A stretch of 63,975 nt of DNA, the filler included, from Octopus bimaculoides (taxonomy: Eukaryota), in the NCBI RefSeq assembly GCF_001194135.2. It is 6 parts of 6 records of this genome, joined end to end, with 100 filler letters (N's around TTAATTAATTAA, not from the genome) between each part and the next. Parts side by side here need not be neighbours in the genome. Positions count along the whole stretch, not along the records: positions 31,213 to 60,825 come from NC_068995.1; 5 more parts are not named here. One strand, given 5' to 3'. A program made the translations under genes and the position numbers. Of the stretch, positions 36,517 to 47,678 are shown piece by piece (the stretch's first letter is position 1; each line of letters starts with the position of its first letter). The notes beneath the pieces are model-generated. The model saw nothing but the letters and a program-made list of their open reading frames with translations. It did no database searches and had not been told where the DNA came from.

Positions 36517-39300
36517 CATGGGCCTATTCGTGCATAGAACCAACAAGTTTGTGCAAAGAATAAGATGGAAGCCACACCATTGGAAACTTAAGAATAAAAC
36601 TAATAATAATGGAATAAGTGACTGTGTAACAACTGTAAAAAGATTTTCATGTGCCAAAGAAACCCCCCACCGCCAACCTACTATTAGAAGGAATTCATCA
36701 AAAGTCTAAAAACCAAACCTGGACTGATTGTATCGGCAGACAAAACTGGAAACTTATACCGGGTTGATTATAGCACATATAGGAACCTTATACTCAAGGA
36801 ACTAAATGCTAATTACAAAGTTACGAACAAGAGAAACCTAAAAGAAACAAACTCTGAAGCTGAGAAAATTATGGAGGATCTTAAACTATCTGATGGAACT
36901 GAACCCATTATACTATGTGAACCCCAGATTACTCTAAAAGACCACAAGGAATATTTTTATGAAAGACCATCTGTTAGACTCCTATGTCCTACCAGATCAG
37001 ATATCGGTCAACTTAGTAAATCTATCTGAGATAAGATTATACCTAAACTTTTTCAAAGGTACAATTTAAATTATGGTCTAATACTAAGGAAGTCATCTCC
37101 TGATTTACATTGTAACAAAATAGAAGTACCTGTTCCTTCAATTCAACTTAAATGCATACTATTCAAGTATATCCCCCATACACCTAAATAAGGCTCTTAG
37201 TTTTGCAAGAAATTTTTCATCCATTACTAAAGATAGATATTATTCTATTAGCTAGAAGAACTATAATTGATTTTGAAGGTGGCTGTAGCAAAGAAACCAT
37301 ACCCCCAACAACTTCGATATTACCATGGGGTCAAGCAACTCAGCTCAGGTTACTGACATTGTAGGAATCTACCTTCTACCTTGCTAACAAATTCCTAGAT
37401 CTTCATGGTGGTCTATACAGGGATGACGCTCTCTTTGTCACACCCAGTAATAGTAAAGTTATCCTAGAGAGAACATGTCAAAAAAATTAGAAAATTCTTC
37501 CATCTCCAATCACTGCCCCCACTCTGTAATTAATTCTTTAGTAAAACGTATTTCATGTAGAATTACGCAACTTTCAGCAAATGAAGATATTTTTAATTCT
37601 TATTCTCATTTTTAAAATTTGGCTCTTTCTAATGCAGGCTATAAACAAGAAATTTTATATGAAAACCCTGCCACTACTAACACCTTTAATATCAATAGTA
37701 ATAACGTGTATTGAAGGTGTTGATGGTGGTAATCACATAATAACATATAACCATGCAAGTAAGATAAATCTGAGCAATGTTGTTATACAGACTTCTACTA
37801 ATTCTGGTGCACCTGATGGGCTGATTAAATTGCCCATACTTGACAATGAAGTACATAGAAATAGCATGGGAATAAATACTAACTTTTTAAATCGTGGTAG
37901 TGAAACTAGAAAACACCCAAAATTCCTTAATAACAAAAATGAAACAGAAATAAATATAATAAAGGCAGTAAAAATAATAAACATGACTGTGTTGGTGATG
38001 GGATCCAGACAATGACTATTCAGCACACTGGTAGAGGGTTGCGAAGGGTAGTTAACTGGATAATAACTTTGGTACTAATAGGGACAGCAACAATATAGGC
38101 AATAACAAAAACAAAAGTTCATCACATAGATCTGGAACTAGTTATAAATATAAGAAACATAGGAGATACAAAGGATAAAAAAGTGACGTAATATGGTATA
38201 ATCCTTCCTTCAATCACATAATAGATACTGAATTTATGTAGCAAATTATTTAGCATACTAAAGAGAAACTTCCCTCTATTACATAAATATAACTGTTTAT
38301 TCCTCCATAAAAATGTTCGGGTTTCCTATTCAACGCTCCCCAATCAGGGCACACTTATAGCTGGCTTGAACAACAAATATATAACCATGGCCCGGAACAT
38401 AAATAATAATGTCTGTAATAGCACCGCACCTAATAACAATCGTAGCAAATATAACAATAATAGTAATAATCGTCAGAATACTACCAACTTAACTGACACT
38501 AATACTATACATACTAATACCCCAGTGAGCAAGTCCTTCCTGTTAGTAGCTATAATAATAATGGCATCATTCAGCTTACTACAACAACTGATAGCAGCAG
38601 CAGTAGTTCTGGCAACAGCCGACTCTCTCACCCTGCCATGGTCTACACTCTTTCCTCTGATCTTAATTCTGGCCTACACATGTCATTTCCTGTTGTTGAT
38701 ACACTCAATGAACATAGCACAAACACTAGTGCTGACAAAAATCTATTTTACTGCCCATTCCTAATCCTTTAATGTCAGAATCTGATAGCATAATCCCTTA
38801 CAGCCATGCTCATTACTCACACTCTTTTACTCCAAGTTTAGCAACTAATTGTAATGGTAATGATCTTAGTAATAGTAATATTACACCTGATAGCAGCTAT
38901 ACAAGCATCAATAACTCCTCAGATCTTGATCCCATAGGTCCTAATATTATAGGAAGGTGCACTCAATAACAATCATGTCATAGCCAATAATAGATGCAAC
39001 TGTTCAGATAAAAACTTATGTCTGCTTATTGTCAATGTTTGGCCAAAAATGTAGTTTACAGGTATAATGTAGTGATGGAGACAAATTCTTATACTTATAT
39101 AGGCTATTCTGTAAATTTGAAGCAGTGCTTACACAACCATTTATCATCCTTAAAATTAAGGCATAGGGCAAGGCAAGCAGGACATCTCTAGCCATGAAGA
39201 TTTTGGGAACTCGAAGATGGCAATGTTATATTCAATTTGAAATAGGATACAAAATATTAAAACTGTACGAAATATTAAAGTAATCGAATAACGAAAATTT
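36517..39300 (+). mobile_element. Near full-length Penelope-like element relic (RT, expanded linker, C-terminal GIY-YIG)
   Basis: Collinear remnants: FVHRTNKFVQRIRWK; LIVSADKTGNLY; LKDHKE..RLLCPTRSDIG; GLYRDDAL; SNHCPHSVI..ANEDIFN..ALSNAGYK; KSDVIWYNPSFN; KRNFP..NVRVSYSTLPN; RCNCSDKNLC..QCLAKNVVY..YTYIGYS..LHNHLSS. Many stops and frameshifts. Confidence 0.8.
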
Positions 39301-40464
39301 AATTAATAATTGAACATTCAGCTTTCATGTATCCATAAAGTGGACTTGTACCTTTAAATATCTTAAGGATGTCACATAACCTGTATTCTAGGTTTTAGCC
39401 AAGGACAAAACAACCTCAGTCCCACTACCTTTATCTTATGTAAACCTCAAAGTTCAATGATTTGCATAATCTGAGTTGTCTTTTTTCCTTTCCAATACAT
39501 CCTATCCATAATTGCTATATAAACTCTTATAACATCATTTGCATAGTACGTGATAACAAAGGAATTAATTTTCTATCTATTTTTACCTAGTCTTACGTTT
39601 TTGTGGTATACTCGATTACTACCTGACCCTAACTCTATATAAACCAGTTCAATATCCCACTTTCTCCAAATCGACTTCGAATCTCTTCTGCTGACAGAAT
39701 ACGAAATCCAGAATATGAACAGCTAAGAACTTTCTACTTTCAACCTTCATATTACTCCTATCTCAGCGTTGATCATAATCCCACCCACCCCCATCCATTC
39801 TTTATTATCTATTTCTTTTCCATGTAAACATCACCCGTTCTCTGTTTTGTCTTAAATTCATGCATTCCTTTTAATCGCNNNNNNNNNNNNNNNNNNNNNN
39901 NNNNNNNNNNNNNNNNNNNNNNNNNNNNNNNNNNNNNNNNNNNNNNNNNNNNNNNNNNNNNNNNNNNNNNNNNNNNNNNNNNNNNNNNNNNNNNNNNNNN
40001 NNNNNNNNNNNNNNNNNNNNNNNNNNNNNNNNNNNNNNNNNNNNNNNNNNNNNNNNNNNNNNNNNNNNNNNNNNNNNNNNNNNNNNNNNNNNNNNNNNNN
40101 NNNNNNNNNNNNNNNNNNNNNNNNNNNNNNNNNNNNNNNNNNNNNNNNNNNNNNNNNNNNNNNNNNNNNNNNNNNNNNNNNNNNNNNNNNNNNNNNNNNN
40201 NNNNNNNNNNNNNNNNNNNNNNNNNNNNNNNNNNNNNNNNNNNNNNNNNNNNNNNNNNNNNNNNNNNNNNNNNNNNNNNNNNNNNNNNNNNNNNNNNNNN
40301 NNNNNNNNNNNNNNNNNNNNNNNNNNNNNNNNNNNNNNNNNNNNNNNNNNNNNNNNNNNNNNNNNNNNNNNNNNNNNNNNNNNNNNNNNNNNNNNNNNNN
40401 NNNNNNNNNNNNNNNNNNNNNNNNNNNNNNNNNNNNNNNNNNNNNNNNNNNNNNNNNNNNNNNN

Positions 40465-43400
40465 AAGGTAATCGAGGTAGTCAGAGTATGTGACAGAGTA
40501 CTTAAGATTGGACTAGTGCTTCACCATAGGTTAGCTACCGTCATCTCGGCCTATGCCCCTCAACCGGGGCTACCGGATGGGCAGAAAGACCAATTCTACG
40601 ACATCCTCTTGCAAACTCCCTCATTGACGAATGACAGGGACCTTCTCTTTGTGGCTGGTGATTTCAATGGTCATGTTGGACAGCATGCAGGGGGCTTCCA
40701 TGGCGTACATGGAGGCTATGGCTTCGGTTCCCGCAATGAGAAGGGAACCAGACTGCTGGAGTTCTGTGATGCAAATGATCTCATGGTTTGCAATACCAAC
40801 TTCAGGAAACCTGCCTGTCACCTGCTCACCTACCGTTCCGGCAGACACACTAGCCAAATCGACTACATCCTCGCCAGAAATAGGGAAAGAGGGCGGCTTA
40901 TAAATGCCAAAACCTTCCCTGGCGAAGAATGTACCCCTCAACACAGATTAGCAGTTAGAAACTTTGGGATCAAGGCTAAATGGATGCCCAGAAGTAGACC
41001 AGATTGGAGGAGAAGGGTTTGGAAGCTTAAAGATCCTGCAAACGGACAGAGATTTAGAGACTTATTACTCGAAGCATTTGACGAAATAGAAGAGGATATA
41101 GCATCACACAATGTGGAAGACAATTGGAAGTTTCTATGGGACAACTTGCTGAGAGTCACCGACCAGATCTGTGGCTGGTGTAAAGTCCCCTCTCAACCCA
41201 AAGTAACATGGTGGTGGAACAATGTGGTTGACAGGGCTATTAGACAAAAGAAACAAACTTGGAAGGACTGGAAGAACAGAGGTAGCAGGGAATTGTATCA
41301 GACTGCCAGAATGGAAGCTAGGAGACAGGTTTACTTAGCCAGAGGGGAAGCAGATAAGAAAAAATTTGTCAACATTCTGCGCCGTGAGGACCAAAGACTT
41401 GAAGTATTTCGTGTTGCAAGACAGTGTGTGAGAGAGAATCGTGATGTTGTAGGCTGCAAAGAGAAGAGGTATGGAGACGCCACTATGAAATGCTGCTTAA
41501 TAAAGAGAATGAATGGGAGGAAGAGAGTCTGCCGCATATCGACCCAATAGAGGGACCAGCTATCTTAATTGACAGTACCTTAGTAGATAAAACGATCAAG
41601 AGTATGAAGACAGAGAAAGCCCCCGGCCCATCAGGAATCACTGCAGAGATGCTCAAAATATCTGGCAGTGTCGGCTATAGCCTAGTGGTAAGACAGCTGC
41701 AGGAGAAATACCTAGCCAAAGATAAACTTCTGTATCTGGCTTTCGTTGACATGGAGAAAGCCTTTGACAGGGTCCACCGATCCCTTATCTGGTGGTAAGT
41801 GATGAAACTAGGGATAGATGAATGGTTAGTCAGAGCTGTGCAAGCCATGTACAGGGACTCTGTCAGTAAGGTGAGGGTTGGCAACGAGTACAGTGAAGAA
41901 TTCCGGGTAGAGGTAGGGGTCCACCAAGGTTCAGTCCACAGCCCCCTCTTATTTATCATAGTCCTCCATGCAATAACACTGGAATTCAAGATGGGATGCC
42001 CTTGGGAGCTCCTCTATGCTAATGACCTTGCCCTAGTTGCTGAGTCACTATCAGAACTAGAGGAGGAGTTTCAGGTGTGGAAGCAAGGACTAGAATCGAA
42101 GGGCCTTAGAGTCAACCTAGCTAAAACCAAAATCCTAATAAGTAGGAAGGTAGATAAAACACAAAACCCTTCAGGTAGATGGCTCTGCTCGATCTGTAGA
42201 AAAGGAGTAGGTAGTAACTCTATAAGATGTACCCAGTGCAAACTATGGACACATGAGAGGTGCAGCAATATCAAAGGCAGGTTAACTAGGAAGTTAGTTT
42301 TTGCATGTGGCAGATGTTCCGGTGCAATAAACACTGTAAACAAACAGGAAACAACTTCTGTCTCATTCCAGGGAGAAAAACTAGAGGTAGTTGATAGCTT
42401 CCGCTATCTGGGTGACCAAGTTAGTAGTGGGGGTGGGTGCGCTGAAAGTGTAGCTGCTAAGATAAAGAATAGCTTGGGCAAAGTTCAGAGAGCTCTTACA
42501 CCTGCTGGCGACAAAGGGACTCTCACTCAGAGTAAAAGGCAGGCTGTATGACGCATGTGTACGAACAGCCATGCTACATGGCAGTGAAACATGGACCGTG
42601 ACTGCTGATGACATGTGTAAGCTTGCAAGAAACGAAGCCAGTATGCTCTGATGGATGTGTAATGTAAGTCTGCATACTCACAGAGTGTAAGTACTTTGAG
42701 AGAAAAGTTAGACCTAAGAAGCATCAGTTGTGGTGTGCAAGAAAGACGATTGCGCTGGTGTGGACATGTGGCAAGAATGGATGAGGATAGCTGTGTGAAA
42801 AAGTGCCACACCCTAGCAGTTGAGGGAACCTGTGGAAGAGGTAGACTCAGGAAGACCTGGGATGAGGTGGTGAAACATGACCATCGAACATTAGGCCTCT
42901 CCAAGGCAATGATCAGTGACTGAGACCTTTGGAAATATGCAGTACGTGAGAAGACCCGGCAAGGAAAGTGAGAGCATAATCTGTGAATCCTGCCAGAAGT
43001 GTAGCCAGCTCACTAATCCATATCTTTACTTCATTGGACACTAAAAACCCTGCTTGCAAAGACCTGTTGAGGTAAGTGAATTTGGAATTAGAAATTTGAA
43101 ATATGAAATCGAAATCGAACCGAATCCGACGACTGGCACCCATGCAAATCTCTCCTTCATTGGACACTAAACTCTGCTTGCGAAGACCTGTTGGGGCAAG
43201 TGAAATTGAAATCAAACTAAATTCGACGACTGGCACCCATGCCAACGTCTCCTTCATTGGAAACTCGGCTTGCGAAAACCTGTTGGGGCAAGTGAAATCG
43301 TAATTGAACCATACTCGATGACTGGTCACCGCGCCAGTGGAGCACTAACAGCACTGTCGAGCGTGTTCATTGCCAGAGCAGCTGTCTGGCTTCCATGCTA

Positions 43401-43776
43401 GTGGCACGTAAGTAGCACCATTTGAGCGTAATCGTTACCAGCGTTGCCTTCAAGCACTTGTGCTGGTGGCACGTTAGAAAATCATTCGAGCGAGGTTGTT
43501 GCCAGTTCCGCTGGACTGGCTCCCATGCAGGTGGCACATAAAAAACACATTTTTGAGCGTGGCCATTGCCAGTACCGTGTGACTGGGCCTCGTGCTGGTG
43601 GCACGTAAAAGCACCCACTACACTCTCGGAGTGGTTGGTGTTAGGAAGGACATCCAGCCATAGAAACTCTGCCAGATCAGATTGCAGCCTGGTGTAGCCT
43701 TCTGGCTTGCCAGTCCTCAGTCAAACCCATGCTAGCATGGAAAGCGGACGTTAAACAATGATGATGATGATGATGA
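40465..43776 (+). mobile_element. RTE-type LINE (APE plus RT with embedded PHD-like finger), long repetitive 3' UTR and (GAT)n tail; recently disabled
   Basis: APE: SAYAPQ, AGDFNGHVG, SQIDYIL. RT: AFVDMEKAFDRV, GVHQGSVHSPLLF, LLYANDL, FRYLG; RRLRWCGHVARM. Few stops or frameshifts. Ends GCATGGAAAGCGGACGTTAAACAATGATGATG. The 5' end is in a gap. Confidence 0.92.
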
Positions 43777-43914
43777 TCGTATCTAACCTATAAAATAGCA
43801 GCCTCCACACCTTAGGGAGTTTTTTCCCCAATTCCATTAAATAATTTCTATACCAAGTTACTGTTATTTGTGCTGCACATGATGATGAAGAAACATATCA
43901 TCTGAACTTCTTAC

Positions 43915-43948
43915 CTACAACTATTGGTTTTGTGGTACCTGATTTAAC
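43915..43948 (-). CDS. MYB: Probable 34-nt microexon of the Myb gene
   Basis: ttgctattatatag|GTTAAATCAGGTACCACAAAACCAATAGTTGTAG|gtaag. Open frame VKSGTTKPIVV, phase 0 in (matching the preceding exon) and phase 1 out. No homology support. Confidence 0.5.
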
Positions 43949-44107
43949 CTATATAATAGCAAATTATACTATCTAATTAAATACTATTAACAACACATAT
44001 AAACAAATTAAAAAATTTAATTAATAGATAACTGCTACCTACTGGCTTACTAAAATATCTCATCAGGTATACTCCATTTGATGTGTATTAGGTGATATTT
44101 AGATAAT

Positions 44108-44599
44108 TATTATTTTTAAATCTCACGAGAGATATTCAGCACAGTACTTTGGACTAAAGATTGTTTGCCAACATAACATGGCAGTCCTAGTTTAGAACAA
44201 ATTTTGCTAAAATTTAGTCCCAGGAGACATCGTCTCCAGCTGGCTATACAAAACAATCTGTGTCCTTATATTTTCGAACAAGGGAATCTAGCACCCCCAC
44301 TCAGCTCAAAACAATATCTGTGTATAGCAATTTCCAGGTTATTTCCCTTCATCAGCACAGAATACCTGTTCGGCTAGAGGTGGCACTGCCAAATTCCCAT
44401 TTGAAATATATAGTTTTGAAAGTGACAGCTAGTCGCTGATCTATAAATTAGAAAATCACTATTTTTTAAATCTCATAATGAGAGATATCCAACAACAGTA
44501 CTTTGGAGTAAAGATTGTTTGCCAACATAACATGGCAGTCCTAGTTTAGAACAAATTTTGCTAAAATTTAGTCCCAGGAGACATCGTCTCCAGCTGGCT
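44108..44599 (+). repeat. ~140-bp direct repeat pair (44108-44250 and ~44460-44599) flanking the hammerhead motif
   Basis: TTTTTAAATCTCA...AAAGATTGTTTGCCAACATAACATGGCAGTCCTAGTTTAG...CTCCAGCTGGCT occurs twice. The second copy abuts a gap. Confidence 0.85.
44317..44361 (-). ncRNA. Minimal type-I hammerhead ribozyme motif
   Basis: Minus strand: TCTGTG-CTGATGA-AGGGAAATAACCTG-GAAA-TTGCTA-TA-CACAGA. Stem I is a perfect 6 bp, the core is intact, stem III is one substitution from the palindrome TAGCTA, and the site is AUA. Stem II is imperfect. Confidence 0.65.
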
Positions 44600-45018
44600 N
44601 NNNNNNNNNNNNNNNNNNNNNNNNNNNNNNNNNNNNNNNNNNNNNNNNNNNNNNNNNNNNNNNNNNNNNNNNNNNNNNNNNNNNNNNNNNNNNNNNNNNN
44701 NNNNNNNNNNNNNNNNNNNNNNNNNNNNNNNNNNNNNNNNNNNNNNNNNNNNNNNNNNNNNNNNNNNNNNNNNNNNNNNNNNNNNNNNNNNNNNNNNNNN
44801 NNNNNNNNNNNNNNNNNNNNNNNNNNNNNNNNNNNNNNNNNNNNNNNNNNNNNNNNNNNNNNNNNNNNNNNNNNNNNNNNNNNNNNNNNNNNNNNNNNNN
44901 NNNNNNNNNNATATATTGCGTCAAACTAATACACTTGTCGTTTATACACCTGTCTTCGTCTTTTGTTTTTCTGTAAACTCCAACTATATATACACACACA
45001 CACACAAATAAACATATA

Positions 45019-45051
<33 letters not shown>

Positions 45052-45646
45052 CGCACACACACACACAGTGTGTGTGTGTGTGTGTGTGAATGTATAATTT
45101 CATACATGGACAGATACAAACTAAATGTATTTTCGATGCACTTTGACTCATATCATTTCATTACCCTATTATCTTCAACACCAACTTGAATTCAATTTTC
45201 AATGCTTGTATGAATGGGAAGCTTTATTACATCTTTTAACTGCTGGATACCATTCCAGCCACTAGCCACTCAACTGAATATAGGAAATCTAAATTTTTTA
45301 TTTACTTACTTTTTATTATCTAACAAGTGAGCTTGCAGTATGTTTTTATTACAATTATTTTTACATTATTTGAAGCAGGTGTTGAACCTTATATATATAA
45401 CAAAACTGAAGCTACACAAGATTGATGGGGAGAGAGAAAGACAAAGAAAGAGAGACAAAAGAATGAATAAGGAATGCAAACATGAGAGTGATATTGGGCG
45501 CAAGTAAATTGAGAAATGCTAAGATCAATTATGTAAGCTGGATAAAAATACACTGCAAAATGGTAGGGAAATTACATCAAACTCTCTAAGTTCCAGTCTT
45601 TAAAAAAAAACTGTGAAAACTCACAAAACAAAAATAAATGACTCAC

Positions 45647-45812
45647 TTGGTTTTTAAAAAGCCTTACTGGGTGTAGATTTGTCATACTTTCTGAAGTACT
45701 TGGTGTGTAAGGATGATTATAAACAAGAGGACAGCTACTTTTTTGATCATCAATTGATTCATATTTTTTCTTCATGGTTGAATTCCAGTGGTTTTTAATA
45801 GCATTATCTGTT
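45647..45812 (-). CDS. MYB: Myb transcription factor exon: end of R3 and start of the central region
   Basis: tttcttacag|A ACA GAT AAT GCT...AAC CAA|gtgagt, 166 nt, phase 2 to 0. Encodes (R)TDNAIKNHWNSTMKKKYESIDD...LFKNQ; RTDNAIKNHWNSTM is the animal Myb R3 signature. Confidence 0.95.
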
Positions 45813-46404
45813 CTGTAAGAAATCATAATCAGATATTTAAGTAATTCAAAAAGAAAATTGCAATCTTAAATAATAAACATAGGCTAATCAAATTTAAATC
45901 CCAACATTTTTCATAGACCTTCTGGCTTTAAGAAACTAATTATATTTCAGTAATATTGGTCAACTATAATAAAGGAAATTGAAATAATTACTTTCTGTTT
46001 AAATGCTATGTGGAGAATATCACATTATTCAGTACAAACACAAAAATAATACACATATTGAAACACACTGCATTAAAGTTGAAACGCTTGGATTAATTTC
46101 ACTGTGACTTGTAAAAGATACCTTTGACTTAAATAATGTCATAATATTTCGCCTCACAATTTTGACTTCAGTAATAAGGTTACCTTACTATTTTCCACTT
46201 TCTTATGCATTCATTGTTATTTCTTGAATCACTCAAACAGCAGGGGAATCAAATAATGTACACTGCTAAGAGTTGTTTTCTATGCAACACTATTTCCAGA
46301 AATAGAATCTTCACACAGACCACACCATTGAATTATCAAAATGGCAGTTGGCGATTAGAGAGTCATCAAAATTCTCAAAAATAAAGAAAAAAATAATCTG
46401 TACC

Positions 46405-47678
46405 TATTGGAATGGCAACTAAGTTCCCGCCGTTTTTTAAAATTTAAATTTTTTAAAAGGTCTAATAAAAAATAACAACTAATTAATCAGTAATGTATTC
46501 ACCCTTGTTTACAACTTCTTCCCAACATTCAACAAGATTTTCAATGCCTCGTTGGTAGAAATCACCCAATTTTGACTCGAAAAATTGATCCAACCAAGCT
46601 CTCAATTCTGCATCAGTATTGAACAAAACTCTGCACATAGTATTTGAAAGAGATCGAAAGAGGTGGAAATCCATTGGTGCCAAATCAGGAGAGTACGGCA
46701 AGTGTGGCAGCACTTCCCAGCCATGCGATTGAATGGCTTCTTTGGTCATATTGGCGATATGAGGGCGGGCATCGTCGTGCAGCAGAATAACTCCATGCTG
46801 CCAATTAGGTCTTTTCTCTTGAATAGCCATATTGAGTCGTTCCATCTGTTGAACATAGAGTTCTGCACTGACCGTTTGGTTCCGTTCAAGCAATTCGTAA
46901 TGGATTATACCTTCCCAGTCCCACCACATGCACAATATCGTTTTACACGGATGAAGATCTTGTTTCACGCACAGTGTTGCTTGTTTATCAGGGCTAAGCC
47001 ATTCCTTACGCTGCTTCATATTAATGTACAGGCACCATTTTTCGTCACCAGTAACAATTTGGTAAAGAAATCGTTGCTTGTGTCCATGAGTTGAGCGGTG
47101 ATGAGCAAGCAAACCAGCAGAGATTGTGGCTCGTTGATTTTTGCTGCTGTCAGTCAAAGCATGCGGAACCCATGCTCCATACTTCTGAACCTTTCTCATC
47201 GAATGAAGCAATGTGGGAGCATTCCATTTTCACTGCCAGTTCCCTTGTTGTTTGACGAGAATTTTCATGCAAAAGTTGGTTTAATTGCTCTTCATCTGGA
47301 TGACCAGAATGAGGTGAGTCTTTGAGGTCAAAATTTCCATCTTTTGAACTTGGCATACCAATCATGAGCAGTTCTTTCAGCTATGGTACCCTCTCCATAC
47401 ACAGCAGAAATGTCATGAGCAGCTTTTGTGACCTTAGAACCTTGATTAAAAGCAAAAAGGAGGTGTCGAAAATGTTCGTTTTTCTTAACTTGACATTCCA
47501 TTTTAATGATCCAAAAATAAACAAAAATTAACTAAAATTCACTAGAAAAAAACAAAATAGATTCCAAAATGATTCAAAAATAGAATTCTCGAAAAAAAAA
47601 AAAAGATTCCAAAATTTAAAACTGCAATAAATTCCAAAGTTTAAAAAAAACAGCAGGAACTTAATTGCCAATCCATTA
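46405..47678 (-). mobile_element. mariner transposon, full-length, frameshifted transposase
   Basis: TIRs TATTGGAATGGCAACTAAGTTCCCGCCG / CAGCAGGAACTTAATTGCCAATCCATTA. ORF contains WVPHAL, IVTGDEKW, LLHDDARPH and YSPDLAPMDFHLF (D,D34D type). The HTH N-terminus is in another frame. Confidence 0.93.

Noticed and set aside
39597-39690. Minus-strand exon-like segment with good splice sites (RRDSKSIWRKWDIELV...)
   Set aside because: The open frame needs phase 2, but the Myb microexon leaves phase 1, and the phase-1 frame stops after 17 codons. There is no Myb similarity, and it lies just downstream of a PLE.
39686-39714. TTCTG-CTGACAG..GAAA-TC-CAGAA hammerhead-like string
   Set aside because: The core is not CUGANGA, and stems II and III are absent.
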